Source: Albugo candida (lineage: Eukaryota). Taken from it: a stretch of DNA of 64,000 nucleotides. Below the pieces are notes generated by a model that made no database searches, was not told where the DNA came from, and saw only the letters and a program-made list of their open reading frames with translations. Positions 20,660 to 33,033 of the stretch are shown piece after piece (positions within the stretch are counted from its first letter, which is position 1; each line of letters begins with the position of its first letter). The position numbers were made by a program, and so were the translations under genes. The DNA is taken from contig JBDOQK010000005.1 of assembly GCA_040437565.1 (NCBI GenBank), positions 372,001 to 436,000 on the forward strand. The letters are read 5' to 3'.

Positions 20660-21390
20660 GTCGGAACTGACAAGCTTCGCAGTATGTGCTGTCAGTTTCG
20701 ATGCTTGCTTTGCTTGCAATTGTTGTCCATATTAACCGTACTTGGATTCGGCCTCTATCCATTCTTTGATATGGTTCCCAAGACACTTGCTGTAATTCCG
20801 TGCTTTGGTTCAAGCAGATATAGTACAGTAATAAGATGCCCAAGCACTAGCAAACTCTAGTTGATTTCCTACTTTGAGACACATGCAAATTTTGGTGTCA
20901 AAGACGTTCAGCAACTATTACGCGCACTTAGAAGACCATCGCCTCTCCCATCTAATGCAGCGAACAAAGCTCATTCTGTGAACTTTCCCTGTATAACACC
21001 TCGAAAAAATATCATGTTAGGCCTCGAGTCGCTAGGCTAGAAAGCCCACGTCGAAAGTGACAAAATAGACTAATGTCCACACGATTAAGAAATCTCTAAT
21101 GTCTCGATAATCAGTCTGAAACTGCGTCACGATCGCATCAATGGATGTTGCTTTTGTCATGCGAATACCTTCTCCTCTTATCGGCTCAGATGAAGTCCAC
21201 AGATGCATGCTTTTCGGACTGCCAAATCTCAGTCATATTTGTTCTGTCTAGCTTCGGAGTAGTCGGTTTGATTAATATTTTTGTTAAATGTCCGAGCAAT
21301 CATATGCACTTTTGAGAGACTGAAGATCTACTTATACCGTCTCTCGGAACCTGTTCATCTACAAAGCATGCAGTACCAACTTCACGACTA
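20660..21390 (-). pseudogene. Heavily decayed inverted copy of the PRP6 3' region (~11580-12350)
   Basis: The reverse complement shares blocks with PRP6: caaagcacggaattaca, aagcttgt.agttc, tgcatatgat, gcatgcat.tgtgga, cgtga.gt.gg.actgca. Many indels and stops. Confidence 0.8.
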
Positions 21391-22008
21391 GTCCTGCTTG
21401 CATGAGGGATTTGGCTCTGTGTTGTTATGCTGGATGAAAATTAGCCGGTTAAGATCACAATAAAGTACCAACCTTCTGTTGAAGAAATATCTCGTACCCC
21501 TGCAAGCAAAGAGACTGTATTCTATAGAAACATGAGCAATGGATGCCTCATCAGTGATAGTCGACGAGTTTGGGCAGAGGAGATCAGATCACGCTGAAGT
21601 TTTTATCAGCTTCGACTCTAAAAGACATATCACAAAATTCCACTTTCATGCGGATGCAATACAATAGACAATGAGTGCTAACCATCAATCATTAAGCGCA
21701 GGTGAATATTCGATAAACTCTATGGGAGAAGGCTGAAAAGACACTTCGAGATGGTTCCTTTCGTTGTGACAGCAACGTTTACCAGTCCCACCATTGTATC
21801 GATAATAGCTTTGAGTTCTCTTCTTTTCATCAATGATATTCTGTTTTGGAGCTGCTAACATACTCACTAAATTCTGATTCGTGAATCAGTATCAGACGAC
21901 GGGTGTCGCTATCGTACCGTAACACACAATTTCTCCTCCATTCTTGGCTATTTTAACTGACAGTAAAAAAGAACACGACAGGTGGAAGCGATCGACGCTG
22001 ACTTGAGG

Positions 22009-22900
22009 ATGGAAAATGACCACACGACGCCAACTAACGACCAACTAATCATAACAGAGTCGGCAGAAACTGTGTATGAATGGAGAAAGATGATTCATCA
22101 GAGTATAAGAGGACAATTGGTTCGAGGAATCATGTATGAATTATACCGAATTTCAGGAAAGCGAAATTTAAAACGTCTACAACAATGCGCTACTCGCGTG
22201 GAGATGATTATTTGGAGGAAGAGCTCAACAGAGGTATGCTAACATAGCGTCTGTTTTATGCTTAATGGAATGATTGAGTCGATATTAGGCAGAGTATCGT
22301 GAACGCATCGAGCGAAAAGTCGTATCTTTGCGTCAGCAAGCATCTATGTATACGTATACAACTAAAGCACGAGCCTTAAATGTATCACACGGGATGAGTC
22401 AAAAAAAGTCTCATGCTTATAGCTACAAAACAAATGTCACTTCTTCTAGCGACGATGTTCTACTATCGAGGACTGATTTGGATTCGGAAGCTTCCTGCAC
22501 TGCGCATTGGGATTCCGAAGAGCAGGATGAAGCGTATTTTCAACGACTTTCAAAAATGAGGGAACAGTACCGGGATACAGTTGCATTGGTCTATCGCGAG
22601 CTATGCCGGGTTAATTCGGTTATTGGAAACTCGATGCATTTTCCAAATCACGAACCTAGCAAGCTGTGCGATTTCATATTAAATCTGAGGAAGATCAAAT
22701 ATCTGCTGGAACAGCGTCAAGATGAAATGTGTGGATTGATACCCGTCACAAAAAGAAATTTGGAATACTTGGATGCAGTGGAATCGCACATTGAGCGAAA
22801 AATTCTGCCTATTTTACAGCGATTATGCCATACTTACTCAACAATATTGCGTCCGTTACTAGGCGTACGTTCACACACGCGTTATCGGCGTAGACTGTAA
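22009..22900 (+). CDS. KIX-domain (MED15-like) protein, 2 exons
   Basis: EWRKMIHQSIRGQLVRGIMYEL..LQQCATRVEMIIWRKSSTE|AEYRERIERKV resembles the plant-type Med15 KIX domain. DEAYFQRLSKMREQY..LDAVESHIERKI resembles the Med15 central helical block. Intron 22234-22288. Confidence 0.6.
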
Positions 22901-23374
22901 CAGTTCTACAAGATGGCGCTAGTGTCTATAATCTGTATAGAATGCTGAAGAATATCATGTCCTTATGTTGCCCATTTATCTTGCTGTACTTTTTTGCAAC
23001 ACACCATGGTTTCCCAACGATTCCGCACTCTATAAAATGTGCAATTATCCAACACATATGTTGCCACGAACGCATTACTACCTCCGCATTGCTTATCGGC
23101 TTGGAAATGCAGTTGTTGGCGCTAAATGCATTGAAGTCACTCTAGTATGGCTAATTTGCATCTTGTAGCAAGAGCGAACGCTGTTCATAACTACGACGTG
23201 TCAGGCATGTATCTGCATTCAAGTTCGCGATTATCGCACAGTCTCGTCCTGCAGACATTTTTTCATGTCTGTAAACCGGTTTCTTTTGATTTGCGTCTCA
23301 CTATAATTACCAACGATTATACATGATCCGAACTTGTCGTACTTTGCGAACATCAAACGGTCCTTCAGCTAACC

Positions 23375-25369
23375 ATGCGAGCTTTGAGATGGAAAAGCTT
23401 GCTTTCGTGTTTCTTCATTACAATCTCAGTGGCTTTCGATTGGCGAAAAGTAGTTGATCAGGCGCATACGTCAGTGCAGAATGCGATGGACTGGGCCGGT
23501 TATCACTCCGGCTTAGCAGGTAAGGGAACTTCATGCCATGATCTCGTGCTTTGCAATAATAGTATGAACTATTCGTCAAGAACAATGCAGCTATGTAGAA
23601 AAACCTTCTACAGCTGCTAAAAATCATCTCCTGGAACACATCATTGCCCAAGACTTGGCTGTCGAATCGATTATTGCGGCTATAGAAGCTTGGGAATTCA
23701 CGTATCTTGCTCATGCTTCCATCTTAAAGCTATTGAGAGTTAATTTTTCTATATAGGCGTCCAACAGCAAAAGATCGAATTCCGCTTGTACTTGCATTCA
23801 CTGGGCCCACGGGTACTGGCAAGACGGAGACATCCTATGTGTTGGCTCGCAGTATTTTCAAGCACACTCGAAAGTTGTACAAAAGCGATAAGAAAGTCGC
23901 CTCCGGACTGCTGATGATTCGGTCGGTTAACCTTGGCACCAGCATGCAACAGCTTAGATTGTCTGATAGAGGCGAAGACTTTAGTGATAACTTCACCAAT
24001 CCTGTGACGGCGTACCATCGTCTGATCAAATCAATGTTTGTTTGGCACAAGAAGACCCGTACGATTTCATTTTATTTGATTTTGCATGTAGGATCGTCGA
24101 TCATTTGATCCATTGCTCCGGTAAAGCCATAGTCGTATTTGATGAAGTTCAAAAAGTTATCCCACATACATTGGATGGTGTAACGCACTCGTTTGAGACA
24201 TCGATGTTTTCAATTCTTTGACGACTCGTTTCGATTAGTGCTGATGGAAGCGATGAGTAGTTCTGCTAAGCTCTCGTACACTGTTGGTGGCGTCACAAGC
24301 ACACTGGATACTAGCAATGTGACTTCATGAAATATAGATTTTGACTGAATAAAGACTTTCAAATTCTAGGTCATATTCATCCTCATCTCTGATATCGGAG
24401 TCTCTCAGATGATGGATGTGATACGAAAATATCCCTCGCGCAATGAAGTATCTGCTCTTAAGCTCGAACAAACTGTAAAAGCCGCTCTGGATGCTCAGTG
24501 GAACCGACTTGAGTTCGGCAAGATAGTGAATAAGGTATGCATACAACTTTTTTTGGCAAAAGTTATTCAAAGAGCAAGATCTTGCACAGGTTATTTCATT
24601 TCTTCCATTGCAACAGCCGGATATTCAGAGTATTATCGCGTCCAAGCTCGACATAATGGACCGCACTTATCGTGGAAAACGATGGCATCGACTTTGGATC
24701 GATGTAAGCCATCCGCTAAACGTTTTTCTANNNNNNNNNNNNNNNNNNNNNNNNNNNNNNNNNNNNNNNNNNNNNNNNNNNNNNNNNNNNNNNNNNNNNN
24801 NNNNNNNNNNNNNNNNNNNNNNNNNNNNNNCATTTCTTCCATTGCAACAGCCGGATATTCAGAGTATTATCGCGTCCAAGCTCGACATAATGGACCGCAC
24901 TTATCGTGGAAAACGATGGCATCGACTTTGGATCGATGTAAGCCATCCGCTAAACGTTTTTCTACAATTTTTGACCCCTTCTGCATAGCCATCTTTGGCT
25001 CAACGTTTATCCTTGCTAGATTCCATCCATTACGAGCAGCGGAAACTGACAGTCAATGGTGAGACAGCAGCAATTCAATTATATGCAAAATATGGTGCGA
25101 GAAATGTTGAAAATGGTCCCCTTCAACAGCTCAAGTCAAAGCTGTTTCGGTTTCTTCGGCCATGGAACCCAGGTCTTGAATCGTTTGAATCAGCAACTGT
25201 TCAATACTGATTTCTGCTTCAACTTCTAGAGGCTGAAGTACAAATCACGATAGATATCGAAACGAATGTTATCAGTATCATATCTTGTTCTGCGGATATA
25301 AACGGAAAACACAATACAGGACTCATTCCTGTGGAATGTGTCACGCGATGGAAAGGCATGATCGAATGA
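23375..25369 (+). CDS. Torsin-like/ClpB-D2-type AAA+ ATPase with N-terminal signal peptide, multi-exon
   Basis: Signal MRALRWKSLLSCFFITISVA; PLVLAFTGPTGTGKT (Walker A, ~23803); IVVFDEVQK (Walker B); IFILISDIG; FLPL; YGARNV (sensor 2). Artefactual duplication at gap 24731. Confidence 0.72.
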
Positions 25370-25594
25370 CTTCACATTCTTACAATAAAGAATAGATCCT
25401 GAGTAAAATATAATCCACTTACTTGATTATAGAAGAAATACATCTTATTGGTGAAAATCAAATCACATTGCNNNNNNNNNNNNNNNNNNNNNNNNNNNNN
25501 NNNNNNNNNNNNNNNNNNNNNNNNNNNNNNNNNNNNNNNNNNNNNNNNNNNNNNNNNNNNNNNNNNNNNNNGCTCCTGATCTCGAAAGTAAAAG

Positions 25595-27133
25595 ATGAGT
25601 GCTTTGCAAATGGCAGACGACGAGCAGGAAGTGCTTGAGCCAGAGATTCTGTTGATGTCTAATGAAGAACTACGACAGCGTATTCGTCTCATGGATAATG
25701 ATATTCGTATAATGAGAAGTGACATGCAACGCATTGACCACGAATCCAATTCCCAGCGTGAGCGGATAAAAGAAAATAATGAAAAAGTGAAAATGAATAA
25801 ACAGCTACCATATCTGGTCGGAAACGTGGTAGAAATTTTGGAATTGTCTGATGATGAAGGAGACGAAAACATGTTAGACTCTTCTCACGCGGGTGACGGC
25901 ACTTTGGGTGATAAGAAGGTGACAAGTGCCGTCATGAAAACTTCGACGCGTCAAACGGTCTTCCTACCGATCCCTGGGCTTGTGAGTTCGGAAGAACTCG
26001 TACCCAACGATCTTGTTGGAACGAATAAAGATTCGTACTTGATTCTTGAGAAGCTACCCGTTGAATACGATTCGAGAGTGAAGGCAATGGAAGTAGACGA
26101 GAAGCCGACGGAAGAATACAGCGACATTGGAGGGCTGGATAAGCAAATTCAAGAACTAGTCGAGGCTGTTGTGCTTCCGATGACTCACAAGGAAAAATTT
26201 GATGCACTTGGTATCACACCACCTAAAGGAGTGCTTTTACATGGTCCGCCTGGTACAGGAAAGACCTTGCTGGCAAGAGCATGCGCGAAGCAGACAGATG
26301 CGATCTTTTTGAAAATAGCGGCTCCCCAATTAGTACAAATGTTCATTGGTGACGGCGCAAAGGTTTGTTTTCGAGAAGCATGGAAGTAAATCACATTTTT
26401 GAGTCGTCCTTTTAGCTTGTTCGTGATGCGTTTGCTCTGGCAAAGGAAAAATGTGAAGATGGTAAACGTGGTGGTGCAATTATTTTTATTGACGAGGCAT
26501 GACGACTATTTATGCGTTACTAGAGTGCGCATTCAGTGTATTTTTTTTCTGTAGTTGGATGCAATTGGCACGAAGCGATTTGGTGGGGATCAATCGGGTG
26601 ATCGAGAAGTACAGAGAACCATGCTTGAACTTTTGAGCCAGCTAGATGGTTTCACCAGTAACACCAAAATCAAAGTGATTGCAGCCACTAATCGGCCTGA
26701 TGTACTTGACCCCGCATTACTACGCTCTGGACGACTCGATCGCAAGGTAAGTGAAACATAAACATCTAGCGTACTTGTTCATCTTCTAACCTATCCCCTC
26801 GACAAAGATTGAGCTACCTCATCCAACAGAAGAAGCACGAGGTCGAATTTTACAAATACATTCGAGGAAAATGAATGTCGATCTTGATGACACCAACTTT
26901 GATGAGCTTGCACGTTGCACGGACGACTTTAATGGTGCGCAATTAAAAGCGGTACGTTAGCATATTAATGCAATCATTGTTATAGCTTGCTCAGAAGATT
27001 CGTACAGGTCTGCGTCGAAGCTGGAATGCTCGCCTTACGGCATGATTCGAATGTGATAAAACATGAGGACTTTATGGAAGGAATTTCTGTCGTTTCCGCG
27101 AAGAAGAAGACAAATTTGCAATATTTCGCTTAA
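25595..27133 (+). CDS. RPT5: 26S proteasome AAA-ATPase subunit RPT5 (6A/PSMC3)
   Basis: [63 protein letters not shown]-terminal [10 protein letters not shown]. Four introns. Confidence 0.96.
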
Positions 27134-27290
27134 AGCGCAAAGCTCCAAGCTCATAACTCTAAGTCAATAGCAATTTGTTTTAAATCTCGTTTTGTATTTC
27201 GTGTGGTAAACTTTAGGTAAAAGAAACCACTAAGTCACAGTTTGGCTCCCAGATTATGTCTGGTGACACACAACTTTGAAGCGTACATTG

Positions 27291-27792
27291 ATGGCCGCCC
27301 GCAACATTATTCGGTTCCTGAAGTCGGCTAAAATCTCTTTTTCAGAGCTTGATAATAACGCAGCTGGGGCCTGGTATGTGTACATCTAACGAGTTCGTAA
27401 TACGGTGACATCAATTTTTGAGTGCAGTGAGTTTTATCGCCATATGACAGCAAGGAAGGTACTTATTTTAGCGTTCAGTTCGTGCACTAAATTGCTTACA
27501 TACTCGCGAAGACGCATGCTATCAATCAAAAATGCAAAGTTCTTTTCGAGCCAGTTCTTTCTGGAACAATACCAACAATCGACCTCCAATTCAGTTAGTC
27601 CATACGCTTTGCACGCATGTTTAGACGTGCATTCATGCATCAACTCACTTTATTGATATGTTAGTTGACGATGAAAAGCGTACTCTCGAAGCCAAAAATA
27701 AAAAAATCAACGACATATTTGAAGAAGTGGAAAGCTATTGTATGCGTATTGAGACACAATATGAGATAGAGGGCAAGTCGATTGAGCCATGA
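27291..27792 (+). CDS. Mitochondrial ribosomal protein mL53-like; 4 short exons, absent from the ORF track
   Basis: Spliced: MAARNIIRFLKSAKISFSELDNNAAGACEFYRHMTARKTHAINQKCKVLFEPVLSGTIPTIDLQFIDDEKRTLEAKNKKINDIFEEVESYCMRIETQYEIEGKSIEP*. All introns are GT-AG and the pattern resembles mL53. Confidence 0.65.
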
Positions 27793-27832
27793 TGAATAAG
27801 ATCACTGGAATTTCGCTCGAAATATGTTGGAC

Positions 27833-28370
27833 TTACCCCAAGTCCGCGTTTTGTATCTCTTTCTCCAAATCAAAGTCAAGCTGCTTGACGTATTCGGGGC
27901 CAAAACTATTCAAACGCTTCTGTGTAAATAAAAGCATTCCTTTACGACACGAATCAATTGAACCTTCTCAAAGTGAAATACGTCATCAGTCGCGCATGTA
28001 AATGTCAAAAAGCCTAAACGCACCAAATACGCGCACAACTTGTATTCGAATGTCGTGTCGTAAGCCTGAAGTAAACATTGCCATCGTGCTTTCTAGTAGC
28101 TTTGTATGGATTCGCTCACATCGTAAGACCGCTAAACCTGTTTCTTGTCTATGATAAATGACTGCGAGAGTACTTAGATGGGCAACATTGTAAAGTACTG
28201 CCGTTACCTTTGCAAGACCATTGCAACAAACCCGCATGGAGGTCACCGAATAGTACTCTCACCGATTCCTTCAAAAGTTCTGTTATATCTTTTCCTCCTG
28301 GGATACTCATTGCAATCTTTCCTTCGGCATCGATTTGGAGCAGTAAGTATCGCTGTTTTCGGCGTACCAT
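27833..28370 (-). CDS. POP5: RNase P/MRP subunit POP5 (Rpp14/Pop5 family), 3 exons
   Basis: MVRRKQRYLL; ESVRVLFGD; TGLAVLRCER; QVVRVF|GSIDSCRK. Confidence 0.8.
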
Positions 28371-31005
28371 TGGCGCGAGTTCGATTTGAGTTGATACTGA
28401 ATCTTACCAGTATTTAAATGTCAATAAGGTGTGATTTGATATCATAGCTACGACAATTTCAATGCTGCCAAAATTCTCGATTGGCAAGCCAGGCAGTGAT
28501 ACAATGTGTCGCTGGTGAAAAGTCTTTATTTGATGGGTGAACTCTATAGGACAGCAAGTAGTAGGTGGGTCGATGTGCAAGACCATCATCGCTAAGAAAA
28601 TACAATGCATACATCTTAGAACCCTGAAAATAGGCGTGCAGTTAAAATCAAAACAGACCGACCGTATCATCAACTTGGGATGTGCCTCATAAACGACAAG
28701 AATGTGTTGTTTAGGATTATTATGTTACCAATCTGTCGAAGACTCTTTGTACATGGCGTTAGCTGATAGTGCATTGCAATGCAAGGCATAAAATGAAGAA
28801 TATCATAAATACTTGGAAGACATAGCGATAGTCCGTCTCTCATTCTCGTTCACGTAAACAAAGAGCGTTTTTTTATTGTCGTAAAACAAAAACGAGATTC
28901 GAAACATGACCACTTGCGCAGCAAAGAAGCAGAGGCCTTCGAATAGCTCAGATCATTACAGCTTATTTCAATATCTCGTGTAAACATTATTTTGGTTGGA
29001 TGACCACTTCGATGCATTCGCTGAGTACACACCTGACCACACAGCAAGCTTTCTAATCTACCTTGTGCAAGACTTCGTTTTTTAGCTAACACAGCTACTT
29101 GACACCCCGTGAAGAGCGCACGCGCCGATGACAGCATCAAAACATTGACTTTCCTTCCGCAATGGTTGACTATCTCTCCATATCGTCGTGAGGAAACGTA
29201 TAAATGAGAATAAGTGGAAACCGAATGACTAAAGCGCATACGTCACAGAGCTGAGTGGGCAACAGCAATGTCACTATTACAAAGCTGCAACCATGTGGTT
29301 CTTACTCACTGAATTACAGTACTGCTTTACGAAATTGCTAATCGTACTTCCTTGCGCTGGGCAATGGTCGCATGCAGACCTACCTTAAATAAATCTCGGA
29401 ATATTTATTGCGAAAGTGTAAGGAGCTCGTAGACATATTCTTTCCCGGTGAAGAGCTCAACTCATCGGAGAAAGAACCGTTGCTGGACCGAGTTCATATG
29501 TAAGCTACCCACTAATTGCGCATCCGCTCAAAGATCGCTGCCATCACTTCTAGCTCTATCTAATCCAGCACAAGTTCAAGATCGATAGAAGGGAGAAGTA
29601 TAGTTTTCACAATACGTCTCGTAATAATCGTTTGATTCCCGAAGATTGAATAAGTATTCTTACGGGTGGTGCATTGCTTGTCTCGAAACTGTTCCGCAGG
29701 TGCAAATGTAGCACCAGATCACACCTCCATGGAACTTCGACATCTTCAGTAACATCTACACTCAATCTCGAACGTGTCGAGTTGCATTTAATGCTCCAGA
29801 TACCACCAGCAGAACCAACCTTCATCCTAATGGTTCGCAACCCGAGAATGTGTTGTGCGCTCGGTCTCCGCGCGGACGAGTAGAAGCAAATCACCATCCG
29901 ATTTCAGGTGACCACACAGTTCATAAGACGGAAGGGAAATTCGCGGGTTGTGTAGTAGTTATGACTTATCCTACCGACAGCGACAATGCACTTCATCTGG
30001 AGCGATCGAGGGGTCGTTATTGTTCGACCAAAGAATTCGCAACTTAGACAATTCCATCCTTCCTGTATGTGATACCTAATTGGGGGATCTTGGATCTGGT
30101 CTGCTAGATGGTTCGGCATAGAAAATATAATTTGATTGCAAGGCAACGGGACGTGCGTGCGACCATGCTACGAGTTTCAATTTGATGGCTGCATACAGTG
30201 TATGGGAAAAATCAAGTTTGGATACAGTTATGAGTTGATGTTTTCGTACTATGCCGAGTTTCTCGAACACACTAACCATCAACTTGTATGAGGGTCCTGT
30301 GTACGTTTATCTCGAGGCACATGCGTCAATTATGAGCGAATGGCTTGCGTAATGCGCCTACGAAATGGATTTTACTTTCGAATACTTTTTCAATGTTTAT
30401 GAGACGGTAAGCGCGAAGATCAAGTTTTTGCGACATGACTTTGCATAATAAGCTGTCAAAAAGGTCGAACTAGTCTGATCGGGACATAAAATAGTGACGT
30501 ACATACGTGATTGGATCGCAAATTGATTACAACTCGTGAACCAATGCACCAACTCGATAGCATAATTACCACAAAGAGAATGCAACCGCAGATCGGACAC
30601 AAAACCAGCAGAAATAACTTCCTGAAGAGCGCTTGACATCTAGTTCTGTTTTGCTGAGATGCACACATGTCATTTTTACCCTTCGAACTTCTCTTGGCAG
30701 CAGAGTCAGGTCAAGTAGCTGTTGGCGCAGGGGTCTCCAATTTGTGCTTGAGAAAAGGGCTAAATCCTCGATCCACCTCGAGATAATGCCATCGTGCTGT
30801 ATATACTATGATAATTTCAATCAGTTTCAGTATTCGACAAACGACTTCTGCTCTTTTAGTTGACCATACTTGTTTCCCTATAGATCGAAACACAGCTAAA
30901 ACCACGAGTACCGGACATTTTTATGCTTGATGGTCATTGGCCGTTGCTCAGATACTGGTTTACTCACCAGCAGAAATCGGTTTCCTAGCTGCAGCTGTTG
31001 GGAGC

Positions 31006-32852
31006 ATGTGCAGCATGATCTCGGGACGATTCCCAATGACTCGCGAACACACCGTTTTGTTGTCTAAAGTACTGAATATACACCGGATTTGGTATTCCAA
31101 ATTAATTCCATCTCCGAAAACCACCGCACTCACAGATATGTTACGCGATCTAAAAGCAAGTGAGCATTATGATTTGATTGTTATTGGGAGTGGTCCAGCA
31201 GGTCAGAAATGCGCCATCGATAGCGCCAAACATGGTAAAAGCGTTGCAATAATCGATAAAAATGAAATGCATGGTGGTGTCTGCGTTCACACTGGCACAG
31301 TTCCCTCAAAGGTGCGTATTGATTATATATCTCTGCTTGATGAAGATCGCTTACATGCCAATCCTGCAAGACTTTTAGAGAGGCGATATTGCATCTGACA
31401 GCGCATCGGCATCGTAATTTTTACACCGGATTATCCTCACCGAAAAAACGGTTTGGAATTGAAGACATATTGACGCGTGTGCGAAAAGTTGAGAATGCAG
31501 AGACCGATATCACCCGGCATCAACTTGTTCGAAATAATGTGGAGCTTATAAATGGAACAGCAAGATTTCTTCCGGATCCTTCCAAAAAGATGGTAGCTTT
31601 ACTATCGAATAGCTCATTTGAGACAGCAACGGATGGAAATCGCCATTTTCGAGCTAATATTTGTCAACGGCAAGTTTTATTATCGATCTTCTGGATGACA
31701 TTAACCAAAGCTTTTGTAGAATTCTGACCGCTGACAAATTCCTGATCGCTGTGGGAACCCGACCTGCTCGTCGTGATGACATCGTGTTTGATGGACAGAT
31801 GATCTTCGATAGCGATCAAATTTTATGGGGTGGCGTCAAATCGGTACCAAAGCGATTGATCGTTGTCGGTGCAGGTGTGATCGGCATGGAATATGCGTCA
31901 ATGATGAGTATCATCCCTGGAGCGCAGGTAACTGTAATTGACGGCCGTAAAGAGATACTGGAAATGGCAGACAGAGAAGTCGTAGAAGCTTTGACATATG
32001 CCATGCGTCAGACGGGATCACGCTTCTATATGGAAGAGACGATCAAATGTGTTGAGCTATCCAACAAAGATGAAGTAATCATACATCTAAATAGCGGGAA
32101 AACTATTGTCGGCGATGGACTCCTTTATACTGTTGGACGACAAGGTAATACCGAGGGACTTGATTTATCAGCAATTGGTCTACAGACAGACAAGCGAGGG
32201 CTTATCAAAGTCAATGAAAATTTTCAAACTTCTGTTCCACACATGTAAACCCACGAATAACCACCGAGATCGAAAATGACATGATTCTTCGTTTCGTAGA
32301 TACGCGGCTGGAGATTGTACTGGTTTTCCCGCACTAGCCTCAACCTCAATGGAGCAAGGTCGCCTGGCTTCCGTCCACATGCGAACTTCCATGCCGACTA
32401 ATACTTCAGGCCATGCTGAACCAACCGACCCACAACACATGCGCACTCGTATGCGATCCGGTGATTTCTTTCCCTTTGGCATATACACTGTTCCAGAAAT
32501 ATCTATGGTGGGCAAAAATGAGTATCAGTTGACGAAAGAAGGAATCGCTTATGAAGTGGGTGTCGCCCGCTATGAAGAATTGGCAAAAGGCCAGATGCTA
32601 GGAGGTGTTCCGGGATTCCTTAAGATAATATTCTGCCCAACTACACTAAATATTTTGGGGGTTCACGCGATTGGAGAAGGCGCGACCGAGATAATTCACA
32701 TTGGTCAAGTGGTTATGTCAACTGGCGGAACACTAGAATACTTTCGGAATGCCGTGTTCAATTACCCTACCTTGGCGGAAGCTTACCGTGTTGCTGCTTT
32801 GCATGGGTTAAGTAAGGTTGAATGTCTACGATTCACACAGGCGGTGATGTAA
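31006..32852 (+). CDS. sthA: Soluble pyridine nucleotide transhydrogenase (SthA/UdhA type), 4 exons
   Basis: YDLIVIGSGPAG; GGVCVHTGTVPSK|TFREA (CxxxGT, second Cys replaced as in Sth); LASTSMEQGR; GIYTVPEISMVG; EIIHIGQ; VFNYPTLAEAYRVAALHG. Start codon tentative. Confidence 0.9.
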
Positions 32853-33033
32853 AAAGCTTCATGCGATCGCGCGTACTTATTCTCTTTGTTGCCTTTCTAT
32901 AAATAATTCCATAAGCTGAATTTTACCCAATCCGAGGATTTGATTGACTCGCCTTATTGCTTGCAACGGAAGAGAAAGTTGTCCTTCTCCTCGCTCGATT
33001 CGAGGTTTAGTGGGCATCATTCAGCAATATATA

